From Chiloscyllium plagiosum (Eukaryota), in assembly GCF_004010195.1 (NCBI RefSeq), contig NC_057752.1, forward strand, positions 271,241-317,144: a stretch of DNA of 45,904 nt, given 5' to 3'. The notes under the pieces are model-generated. The model searched no databases and was not told the origin of the DNA. It saw only the letters and a list, made by a program, of their open reading frames with translations. The position numbers and the translations under genes were made by a program. Position 1 is the stretch's first letter; each line of letters starts with the position of its first letter. This document shows positions 12,230 to 23,399 of the stretch, one piece after another.

Positions 12230-12235
12230 TTTATT
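12230..12235 (-). terminator. Candidate polyadenylation signal of EEF1AKMT3
   Basis: AATAAA on the minus strand, about 370 nt after the stop codon. The 3'UTR could extend further through the unique sequence to about 10.8 kb. Confidence 0.35.
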
Positions 12236-12607
12236 AATTTCAGTCGCCTTGGGCCAAGGATAGGGTCGGAGAAGGAGAAACAACCAGCCAGGGATGGTTG
12301 AACTGCATGGGCGTTGGTTGCAATACCCTAAATAGTCAAATGGCCCCTTAACTCTTGTAACTGACGTGAAGAGTAGCCACTTAGCTAAGTTGCCATTGAA
12401 ACAGATTATCAGCGAAATCCATTGAACTGCATCCTAGGAAATGCTACCAACTTCAAGAATTAAACAGGTTTTCACAAAAGGGGTTAAAAGGAAATTAGAA
12501 ATATCCTTATCACAAGATAGAAAATAATTCTTCAAACCAAGTGTTACAAGGGTCACGTACAGACGGTCTGCCTCATCTTGAGAGTAAATGACAGATTTTT
12601 CTTGCTA

Positions 12608-13011
12608 TTACTGCTCTCTGACACTAGGTTCTTTTTTGGTTATTTTGTACAGGTTAATATTTTTCTCTTCATTCCTGTGAAGAAGTTGGCACTGAAAATG
12701 CTGGGGCAGGATCTCCTCATAGAAAGAGACAGTTGCATGCTCCCTCCGCATTTTGGAAGAGAGATAAATGGTGGCCCTCTGTGCACTAAGATGTTGCAAA
12801 GTATGGATGAGTGAAGTGTAGGTCTCAGGGAGATACACAATGTCAGAGCCCAGAACAAAGTCATAGTCAGTGGGAAAGTGACTATGGTTACTGCCCCAGG
12901 ATAGGGCATGGACCCGGGAGCGATGAGCGCAGGAAGTGGGGATGTTGGCCAAGACGTTGTTCTCTATTTGTTTCAAAGCTTGTGGTAGGTCTGTGATGGT
13001 TACATCTCCAC
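12608..13011 (-). CDS. EEF1AKMT3: EEF1AKMT3 (METTL21B) last coding exon
   Basis: Acceptor ttttacttatcag, phase 1. Translates (G)GDVTITDLPQALKQIENNVLANIP...ALSWG...DYDFVLGSDIVY...TIYLSSKMRREH...NINLYKITKKEPSVREQ-TAA, with the family-16 methyltransferase D-x-x-Y motif. Matches the human METTL21B C-terminal half. Confidence 0.96.
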
Positions 13012-13109
13012 CTGATAAGTAAAAGAAAAAAAACATTTCTCCATTTATAATTACTCCTGAGGTTTTTGAAATCAGCAGTTTTTAAAAGAGTCGCCAAACC
13101 TAAAAAACA

Positions 13110-13570
13110 GCTTGCAATGATATAGCATTTGTAACATCGTGGAGAAAGTGAGGACTGCAGATGCTGGAGATCAGAGTTGAGCGTGTGGTGCTGGAAAAGC
13201 ACAGCAGGTTAGGCAGCATCAGAGGAGCAGGAGCATATGCCCAAAATGTTTGACATTGAGCCACATAAGGAGAAAGTTGGAATTGGTGACCAAAAGGTTG
13301 ATCAAAGAGAGAGAGGTTTACAGGATCCTAAAAAAGGAGGAAAGAGATGTAAAAAGATAGAGAATTTTAGGAAAAGGAATTCCAGAGCTAAGGATGCAGG
13401 CAGCATGAAGGCAATGGCAAAGTAATAAAAATCAGGGAGATACGAGGGGCCAAACCTGAGAGAGAAGAAGGGTCTGAAAGGATTGTAGGGCTGGAGGAGG
13501 TTATAGAGGTAGAAAATGGGGTGTGTTCAGGGAGTAATTTGAATGGAGAATAAGAATAAGAATTCTCAAG
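13110..13570 (-). mobile_element. Old L2-like 3' fragment containing a truncated PLE terminal repeat (13141-13234)
   Basis: Resembles the reverse complement of 36715-37105. The insert ggagaaagtgaggactgcagatgctgg matches 23709 onward. Confidence 0.6.
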
Positions 13571-14284
13571 ATATCCACAAAGTTTATTTCTTCTGGCCCA
13601 ACACACTTTCTTCCTTTGCAGACACAAACCGCTCAGACAAATCTAGAAAGAGGTGACACAGATTTAACAATCAAAGCATAGAGAACTTCCAGATTTAGAC
13701 ATGTTGAAGTTTAACCAGACAGTCTGTGCAGTCCATCAGCACAGAATATGGGTAAGTGTACCCCTGCCTCACTGGCATGGATCACCCTTTCAGAGTGCTG
13801 GCTTCTATGAGTTGAAGGGGAAAGAATCCCAGTTTTCGGTGACAGATCTATCTTTTCTCAAGTTTCATTAGTTGGCTAGTCAATCGTTAGCAATGTCAAG
13901 TACCACACACCTGTGTAGTTCAGGTGCTAGGTTAATAAAGAAGAGGATCAAGTTGGTTGTAGGCTCCTACGGTGAACTGTACCAACCTGGAGCCATTACA
14001 CCACAGGAAGGCATCTGTCACTGGTTAGTCAGCATTCTCGTCTCCACTGTGGCTGGGGAAGGGCAGGGTGGCAGAGGAAAGAAACCCGGTCTGGTTCAGA
14101 GATGGGACTGCGCAGCACAGGTACCAACACACACAAACATGTCGATAGAGTTTAGTGCCTTAATCAACGAAACCATCAGGAGGGATGACAATAACACGTA
14201 GATTATTGGAGGGGAACTGTTTAGCAAGCAAACATTTCCTTTATCATAGTCCCCTCTTCCAGCAACACAAAGCATGTCATTACT

Positions 14285-14475
14285 AAAAAAGCAAATGCTG
14301 AGAATCTTAAATAAAACAGAGAATGCTGAAACTACTCAACAGGTATTCAACATCCTTTGTGGAGAAAGAAACAGTCCAAAGATTATTGACCTACAATATT
14401 AGCTCTCTTACTCCCTCCACAGAAGCTGCCAGCACTACAGATTTCTTCCAGCACTCTTGGTTTATATTCCATACA
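14285..14475. mobile_element. Older, degenerate PLE-terminus-like element with remnant inverted symmetry
   Basis: aatgctgagaatcttaaataaaacagagaatgctgaaactactcaacagg...ttccagcactcttgg. A related copy lies at 43635-43770. Confidence 0.5.
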
Positions 14476-14504
14476 CCTTGCTTTGTTTTCCTGATGATTA
14501 TGTC

Positions 14505-17500
14505 TGCAGTAAGTGTGTTTGGTTGTGAATCCTATTAGATCGCATGGATCAGTTGGAGCAGTAGTTAGAGGCAATGAGGAATTTACAGGAGTTGGGGGCG
14601 TGATGGATGGCAGTTATAGAAAGGGGGAAAACCGCAGATATAGTCAGGTAGATGGGTTACCACCAGGAAAGGTAAGAGAGGTAGGCAGATAGCCACAGCA
14701 GATTCCTGCACTATCTCAAACAAGTACGCTATTTTGGAAAATGTAAGGGCGATGGACTCTCAGGGGAATATAGCACAAACAGCCAAGCTTCTGGTACAGA
14801 GAATGGCTCTAATGTAGTAAGGGGTACGTCACGTTCCAAGTGATCGATTGTGATAGTCAGAGGCACAGACAGACATTTCTGTGGCCAGCAGCGAAAAATT
14901 AGAATCGTGTGTTGCCTCCCTGGTGCTGGGATCAAGGATATCTCAGAGAGTGCAGAATATTCTCAAAGGGGAGTGGGACCAATAGGACACCATTGTACAC
15001 ATTGGAATGAATGACTTGGAAAGGGAAAAGGATTAGATTCCTAAGAGAGAATAGAGAAGGTTAGGCATGAATTTAAAAAGGAAGTCCTCAAGGGTAGTAA
15101 TATCTGGATTACACCCGGTGAGGGTAGGAATAGGAGGATAGAGCAGATAAATGCGCAGCTGAGGAGCTGGTGCAGGGGAGATGGGTTCACATTTATGGAT
15201 TACTGGAATCTCGTCTAGGGTAGAAGTGACCTGTATAAGAAAGAAGAATTGCACCGGAATTGGAAGGGGACTAATATACTGGCAGGGAGATTTCCTAGAG
15301 CTGCTTTGGAGGATTTAAACTCGTAAGGTGGCAGTGGGGGGGGATGGGGGGTGGTACTCGGAGATAGTGAGGAAAGAGATTAGTCGGAGATTGGTACAGT
15401 TGGGAAAAGGAGCAAGTCAAAGAGTCAGGGCAGGAAGGAACAAAGCAAAGAATAAAGTAGGACTGATAAATTAAACTGCATTTACTTCAATGCAAGAGGC
15501 CTAAAAGGGAAGGGAAGGGAAGGTAGATGGACTCAAGAGCATGGTTAGGAACATGGGACTGGGATAGCAAAGCAATTACAGAAACATGGCTCAGGGATGG
15601 ACAGGACTGGCAGCTTAATGTTCCAGGATACAAATGCTACAGGAAGGATAGAAAGGGGGGCAAGAGAGGAGGGGGTTTGGCGTTTTTGATAAGGGATAAC
15701 ATCACGGCTGTACTTAGGGAGAATATTCCTGGGGATACATCCAGGGAAGTTATTTGGGTGAAACTGAGAAATAAGAAAGGGATGATCACCTTGTTGGGAT
15801 TGTGCTAGAGACCCCCTAATAGTCAGAAGGAAAGTGAGAAGCAAAATTTGTAAGAGATCCGAGTTATCTATAAGAATAATAGGATGGTAATGGTAGGATA
15901 TTTTAAACTTTCCAAACAGACTGTGACTGCCATAATGTTAAGGGTTTAGATGGAGAGGAATTTATTCAGTGTGTACAAGAACATGTTCTGATTTAGTATA
16001 TGTATGTACCTACTACAGAAGGTGCAAAACATGACCTACTCTTGGGAAATAAGGCAGGGCAGATGACTGAGGTGTCAGAGGGGGAGCACTTTGGGGCCAG
16101 TGACCATAATTCTCTTTGTTTTAAAATAGTGATGGAAAAGAATAGACAGGATCTAAAAGTTAAAGTTCAAATTGGAGGAAGGTATTAGGCAAGAACTTTC
16201 AAAAGTTGATTGGGTGCGGATGTTTGCAGGTAAAGGGATGGCTGGAAAACGGGAAGCCTTCAAAAAAAGTGAGATAACGAGAATCCTGTATATTCCTGTT
16301 AGGGTGAAAGCAAAGGCTGGTAGTTGTAGGGAAAGCTGGATGACTAGAGAAATTGAGGGTGTGGTCAAGAAAAAGAAGGAAGCATATCAGGTATAGACAG
16401 CAGAGATTGAGTGAATCCTTAGAAGAGTAAAAAGGCAGGAAGAATTTACTTAGGAGAGAAATCAGGAGGGCAAAAAGGGGACATGAGATAGCTTTAGCAA
16501 ATAGGGTTAATGAGAATCCAAAAGGGATTTTATAAATACGTTAAGGGCAAAAGAGTAACTAGGGAGAGAATAGGACCCCTCAAGGTTCAGCAAGGCAGCC
16601 ATTGTGTGGAACTGCAGGAGATGGGAAAGATACTAAACAAGTATTTTGCATCAGTGTTTACTATGGAGCAGGACATGAAAGATGTAGAATGTGGGGAAGT
16701 ATATGGTGACATCTTCAAAAATGTCCATATTACAGAGGAAGTGGTATTGGATGTCTTGAAATGCATTTTAAAAAGTGGATAAATCCCAGGAGCTGATCAG
16801 GTATAACCAGAACTCTGTGGAAAGCTAGGGAAGTGACGGATGGGCCCCTTTGTATATTTGTATCATTGATAGTTACAGGGGAGGTGCCATAAGACTGGAG
16901 TTTGGCTAATGTGGTGCCACTATTTAAGAAAGGTGGTAAGGAAAAGCCAGGGAACGATAGACCAGCGAGCCTGACATCGGTGGTGGGCAAGTTGTTGGAG
17001 GGAATCTGGAGGGACAGGATTTACATGTATTTGGAAGGGCAAGGATTGATTAGGGATAGTCAACTTGGCTTTGTGCGTGGGAAATCATGTCTTGCGAACT
17101 TGATTGAGTTTTTTTTGAAGTAGTAACTGAGAATTGATGAGGGCAGTGCAGTGCACGTGATCTATATGGACTTCAGTAATGCGTTCAACAAGGTTCCTCA
17201 TGGTAGACTGGTTAGCAAGGTTAGATCACCTGGAATACAGGGAGAAGTAGTCATTTGGATACAGAACTGACTCGAAGGTAGAAGACAGAGGGTGGTGGTG
17301 GCGGGTTGTTTTTCCAGACTGGAGGCTTGTGACCAGTGGTGTGCCACAAGGATCGGTGCTGGGTCCACTACATTTCGTCATTTATATAAATGATTTGGAT
17401 GTGAACATAGGAGGTGTAGTCAGTAATTTTACAGATGACACCAAAATTGGAGGTCTAGTGGATAGTGAAGAAGGTTACCTAGAATACAACAGGATCTTGA

Positions 17501-18250
17501 TCAGATGGGCCAAGGAGTGGCAGATGGAGTTTAATGCAAATAAATGTGAGGTGCTGCATTTTGGAAAGACAAATCAGGGCAGGACTTATACATTTAATGG
17601 TAAGGTCCTGGGGTGTATTGCTGAACAAAGAGACCTTGGAGTGCAGGGTCATAGTTCCTTGAAAGAGGGGGGTCTCTCAAGTAGTATAGTGAAGAAGATG
17701 TTTAGTATACTCTCCTTATCTATACAGTACATTGTGTGCAATTCTGGTCTCCTGGCTATAGGAAGGATGTTGTGAAACTTGAAAGGTTTCAGAAAAGATT
17801 TGCAAGGATGTTGCCAGATTTGGAGGGTTTGAGCTATAGGGAGAGGCTGAATAGGCTAGGGCTGTTTTTCCCTGGAGCATTGGAATCTGAGGGGGTAACC
17901 TTATAGAGGTTTATAAAATTATGAGGGGCATGGATAGGGTACATAGACAAGGTCTTTTCCCTGGGTTGGGGGAGTCCAGAACTAAAAGGCATAAGTTTAG
18001 GGGAAAGATTTAACAGGGATCTAAGGGACAACTTTTTCACAGAGGGTGGTACGTGTGTGGAATGAGCTGCCAGAGGAAGTGGTGGAGGCTGGTACAATTA
18101 CAGCATTTAAATGGGTACATGAATAGGAAGGGTTTAGAGGGATATGGGGCAAGTGCTGGCAAAGTGCTAGATTAGGTTAGGATATCTGGTCAGCATGGAA
18201 GAGTTTGACCGAAGGGTCTGTTTCCGTGCTGGACACCTCTATGACTCTAT
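14505..18250 (+). mobile_element. Near full-length CR1 LINE (ORF1 esterase plus ORF2 APE-RT), inactive, antisense in the last EEF1AKMT3 intron
   Basis: ORF1 remnants VCCLPGAGIKD and IVHIGMNDL. ORF2 remnants CIYFNARGL, AITETWL and GVPQGSVLGP. Ends with a ctctatgactctat tail. Many stops and frameshifts. Confidence 0.95.
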
Positions 18251-18374
18251 GTATAAATTAAGAGCCAGAGTTGGCTACCCAGCCCCTCTCGCCTGCTCCA
18301 TCACTTGATGAGATCATGACTAATCTGATTGTGATGCCAAATCCCCATTAATTGTTTGCCCCGATAAAATTTCA

Positions 18375-18509
<135 letters not shown>

Positions 18510-18603
18510 TCACACATTTATATTAGAACAAGTGAATTTCAAGGGTGACATGAAGCATTGCAGTACCAATAGATAGTGCCAGAAGACAAGAGAAAGAACA
18601 AAA

Positions 18604-20275
18604 GGATTTGCATTTATGTAGCATGTTTACAACATCAGCACGTCCTAAAGTGCTTTGCAGCCAAGTAAACACTTTTGAAATGCAGTCACAGTGTGATGTA
18701 GGAAATGTAATAGTCAATGTGCACATAGCAAGCTTCCACAAACAGCAATCTGATAAGAGAAACATCAGAAAACAGGAGCAGAAGGAGACCATTTGGCCCT
18801 TCAAGCCTGCTCTGCCATTCATAACAATCATGGCTGATCATCCAACTCAATAGCTTAATCCTGCTTTCTCCCCATAACCTTTGATCCCATTCACACCAAG
18901 TGCCATATCTAGCCACCTCTTGAATACATTCAATGTTTTGGCATCAACTATTTCCTGTGGCAATGAATTCCACAGGCTCACTCACTGGGTGAAGAAATGT
19001 CTTCTCATCCCCATCCTAAATGGTCCACCTGGAATCCTCAGAGTGTGACCCCTGGTTCTGGACACACCCACCATCAGGAACATCCTCCCTGCATCAACCC
19101 TGTCTAGTCCTGTTAGAGTTTTATAAGTCTCTGTGAGATCCTCCCTCATTCTTCTGAACTCCAGCGAAAACAATCCTAACTTAGTCAGTCAGTCAGTCAG
19201 TCTCTCCTCTTACATCAGTCCTGCCATCCCCAGAATCAACCTTCACTGCACTCCCTCGAGAGCAAGACCATCCTTCCTCAGAAGAAAGCCAAAACTGCAC
19301 ACAATATTCAAGGTGTGGCCTCACCAAGGCCCTGTAAAACACATTCCTGTTCCTGTACTCAAAACTTGCTGCAATGAAGGCCAACATACCATTTCCCTTC
19401 TTTACCACCTGCTGCAACTGCATGCTTACCTTCAGCAACTGGTGCTCAAGGACTAATAAATCAGATTATCTGATCATTAAGTGTTGGCTGAAGGCTAACT
19501 GTTGAGGCTACTTTTAGAATACTGCGTTCAATAATGGTCTCCCTGCGAAAGGAAAGATATTGCTAAACTTGAAAGGGTTCAGAAAAGATTTACAAGGATA
19601 TAACCATGATTGGAGGGTTTGAGTTATAAGGAGAGGCTGGATAGGCTGGGGCTGTTTTCCTTGAAGTGTCAGAGGCAGAGGAGTGACCATAGAGATTTAT
19701 AAAATCATGAGGGGCATGGATAGGATAAATAAACAAGGCATTTTTCCCCAAATTGGAGAGTCTAAAACTCGAGGGCACAGGTGAGGGGGGGGGGGGAATA
19801 GATTTAAAAGGGACCTGAGGGGCAACTTGTTCATGTAGAGGGTGGTCCTTGTATGGAATGAACTGCCAGAGGAAGTGGTGGAGGCTGGTACAATTGCAGT
19901 ATTTAAAAGGCATCTGGATGGATATATGAATAGGAAGGGTTTAGAGGGACGAGATCAGTTTAAGGTATCTGGTCGGCATGGCCAAGTTGGACTGAAGAGC
20001 CTGTTTCCACGCTGTACAACTCTCTGACTCTAAGTATTGGCCTGGACACTGGGGATAATTCCCTTGCTCTTCTTCAAAACAGTGTCATGGAATCTTTTGC
20101 ATTCATCTAGATAGGGTCAGACTTGGTTTAATGCCTCATTCAAAAGGCAACCCCTTTGAAAGTGCACTACTATACTGCAATTGTCAGCCTCAACTTTATG
20201 CTGAAGATTTTGGAGTAAAACCTCGAATCTTCTGATAGAGGCAAGAATGCTTCCACTGAGTCACTGCTGATACCT
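18604..20275 (-). mobile_element. tRNA-derived Deu-domain-type SINE (SacSINE1-like) split by two CR1 3' fragments (about 18757-19452 minus; 19499-20030 plus)
   Basis: Pieces 18604-18756, 19453-19498 and 20031-20275 join into one element colinear with the copy at 20405-20800. The family name is from recall, not from a database search. Confidence 0.75.
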
Positions 20276-20404
20276 ACATTCAAACAGCTCCATATAATGA
20301 GAAGGAGTGATTGGTGGGGAACAGAAGTAACCAGACTGATTTCCCACTGGTCAGTTCAGTGCAGAATTGATTGAAGTCAGGTAAGAAAGAACTTTTTTTT
20401 TTAG

Positions 20405-20800
20405 ATAACCTTGTCGTGACTTCAGGATGTCGCAAAGTGTTTCACAGTCAACAATTTACTTTGAAACATATTCCGATGTACGAAAATGTGGCAGTCAATT
20501 TGTGTATAGGAAAGTCTCAAAGACCAAAGAGATGAATGGGTGCATTGGAAGGGGGAAAAAAGGGAGACATTTTGGCCCTATATTAGTAGAACCCTCCCCA
20601 TCGCCAATCTTTATTGGCTAGTGGTGTGGAATCCCTTTTATCCATCTGAGCAGGCAAACAGGGCCTCAGTTGGATGTCTTTTCTGAAAGATTGCACCTCC
20701 AATAGTTCGGCACTGCAAGGCTAGGCTATGATTATGTGCCAAAGTCCTAGATTGGAGCTTGAAACCATACCTTTCCCACTTAGAGGAAAATACGGCCAGC
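20405..20800 (-). mobile_element. Deu-domain-type SINE, degenerate
   Basis: Similar to 20031-20275, 30060-30224 (-) and 42270-43540 (+). Confidence 0.7.
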
Positions 20801-20928
20801 CGATAAGTTAAAATATTAATGGGGCAGATAAATAAATGAGATGTAACTAGCTTAATTTTCGTCTATACAAAATATATGGACAAAGTACAGGCAATAAATG
20901 CTAGCCTGCCAGCAATGTCCATGTTTCA

Positions 20929-21333
<405 letters not shown>

Positions 21334-21679
21334 CTATGTGTAACACAATGAGGTTTGATGGGGATATCTGTGTTTCGTTGCTACATTACTGGTGTGTTTC
21401 AGGCTACTACTTGGGTAAGCAAGAAAAACAACTAAACAAGCTGATCCTGAAACATTTAGAATTTCAATAAGTCCTATGGATCAGTAGCTGCATGTAAATT
21501 TCTAGCTCTTCCCAGGGTGAGGCCAGGAGATTAAGTCAAAACTACCATTTTTTTTAAGAATCAGGAGATCTTGAAGTATAACAGATTCACACTAACTGCA
21601 AGATTTCGTTAGCAAGTTTGCAGGATATCTCTTCAAAAGCTCAAACTATTGATTTAATATACTATTCATGTTTTGATTT

Positions 21680-22157
21680 AGAATATCAAAGGATGGATGT
21701 GCTGGTCTTGGAGGGGGGTCCAGAAGAAATTTATAAAAAAAATAATCCCAAGAATGAGGAGCACTTGAGGTCAAAGGGTCTGTACTCGATGGAGTTTAGA
21801 AGTGTAAGGGGGATCTGATTGAACCTTAAAGAATTTGGAGAGACCTGGAAAGAGTGGACATGAAGATGATGTTTCCACAAGGACCCAAGGGCACAGCCTT
21901 AGCGTGAAGGGATGACCCTTTAGAATTGAAGTGAGGAAAACTTTCTTCAGCCAGAGGGTAGCGAATCTGTGGAACTCATTACTGTGAAGGCCAAGTCATT
22001 GCATTAATGACAGAGAGAGATAGGTACTTGATTAGTGAGGGGTCAAGGGTTACAGGTAGAAGGCAGAAGAATGGGGTTGAGAAACATACTAGCCACGATC
22101 AAATGGCAGAGCAGACTCAATGGGCCAAATGACCCAATTCTATATTTTATGGTCTTA
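21680..22157 (+). mobile_element. CR1 3' fragment
   Basis: GLYSMEFR and ttcttcagccagagggt motifs, with 3' end tatattttatggtctta as in 26220-26717. Confidence 0.85.
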
Positions 22158-22177
22158 CTCAGATTGTTGAAGCAGAC

Positions 22178-22212
22178 TATCAAAGCTTTTCATCTTGTAC
22201 TCATCAGAACAT
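22178..22212 (-). ncRNA. Minimal hammerhead-like motif, a separate family, in the sense orientation of EEF1AKMT3 intron 1
   Basis: The minus strand reads UGUU-CUGAUGA-GU-ACAAG-AU-GAAA-AGCU-UU-GAUA. Both core boxes are present, with palindromic AAGCUU at helix III and a 4-bp stem I that includes G-U pairs. Confidence 0.5.
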
Positions 22213-22779
22213 AATTGTAATCTCAAATTGGAACAACAATTTATACAGCATGAGAAGATGGTACCAATTGGTTGGAAAGTGTACTACGATTGATAAGGGT
22301 ATTCAGAAACACACAAGTCTTACAGTGTAGAAGGAGACCATTGAGCCTGCACCAGCTCTTCAAACAAGCATCATTACCAAATACCAATCTCCTGCTTTTT
22401 ACTTATATATTTGCATGTTACTTTTAGCTAGATACTGATCCAATACCCTTTTGAACGCCTCAACTGAACCAGCTTTTACATTTCTAGGTTGTGGAGAATA
22501 CCGCAGGCAACAATTAACTACAACCATTCTCTTATGCTGTATAAACTTTTCTTCCTCTTGAAGTTTGATATTCTTGTGATTTCGTCCTAACAAGTGCAAG
22601 ACGGGAAACCTCAACAGAATGCCTCTTTATTTCAACAATGCTCAAGTTATCTAATACCAAGCAACAAATTAATATACTTATATACGTTCTGGAACACTTC
22701 TACCACAAATCTCTAAACACAATAATTTGTAATTCTACGATTAAACCGCATCCAACATAATACTAAAACAGTCCGCCGA

Positions 22780-23130
22780 ACCTTACATACTGAAACCCGC
22801 TGTGGGCGGGTTTACCTCCGATTGATCCGTTCAAGAGACTGTATGTGGCCAGCTGCCGTTTCTGATTGGTTGATCTGGCTGCCAGTCACCCGCTACTGAT
22901 GAAGTGCGGTTCACCTTCCAATCCTCCCGGCCAATTCCAGATGTGTATGTAAATTTGTTGGGTTTGTTTTGGTATTTAAAGTGGAACCTCAGTTCGTGAA
23001 ACGCTGATTCGCTGGTGACAAACCTAGCCAACGGAAACGCGATAGGACCAAACTTCTCTGCTAAGAGCTTTTCGAAATCGCGTCACGTGAAGATGCAATG
23101 TAAACAGCGCCTACTGCTGGCTGAATCCAG
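22780..23130 (-). promoter_or_regulatory. Probable EEF1AKMT3 non-coding first exon and promoter
   Basis: CpG-retaining unique sequence. Minus-strand donor GAG|gtaaac (exon end 22816) and an alternative TAT|gtaagg near 22786. CCAAT boxes near 22865 and 22930, GTCACGTGA E-box at 23082-23090, CTCF-like site at 23107-23125. Confidence 0.65.
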
Positions 23131-23399
23131 CTACCGACAGGGCAAGAAAATAATCTCTCAAAATATGACGGTTAGCTCATACATCTTCCTGGCGTTTATG
23201 GATGTAGTCTTCAGATGATTTGGAGAAGGGTCAGAGGGTACAGATAATTGGTTCGTGCACTCCCTAAACCTTTGCTCCTCACTTCAGATGCCCCTTAAAA
23301 CCTATCTCTTTGATCGAGCTTTTGGACACCTGTCATAAGAACTCCTTCTTAACTGATGGTGTGAGGTCAGTACTATATGATTCTCTGAATCTTTTGAGA

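Noticed and set aside
23095..23160. SYRQ peptide near the promoter as METTL1 exon 1
   Set aside because: Only YRQ matches. The invariant RAHSNP is absent and no donor follows.
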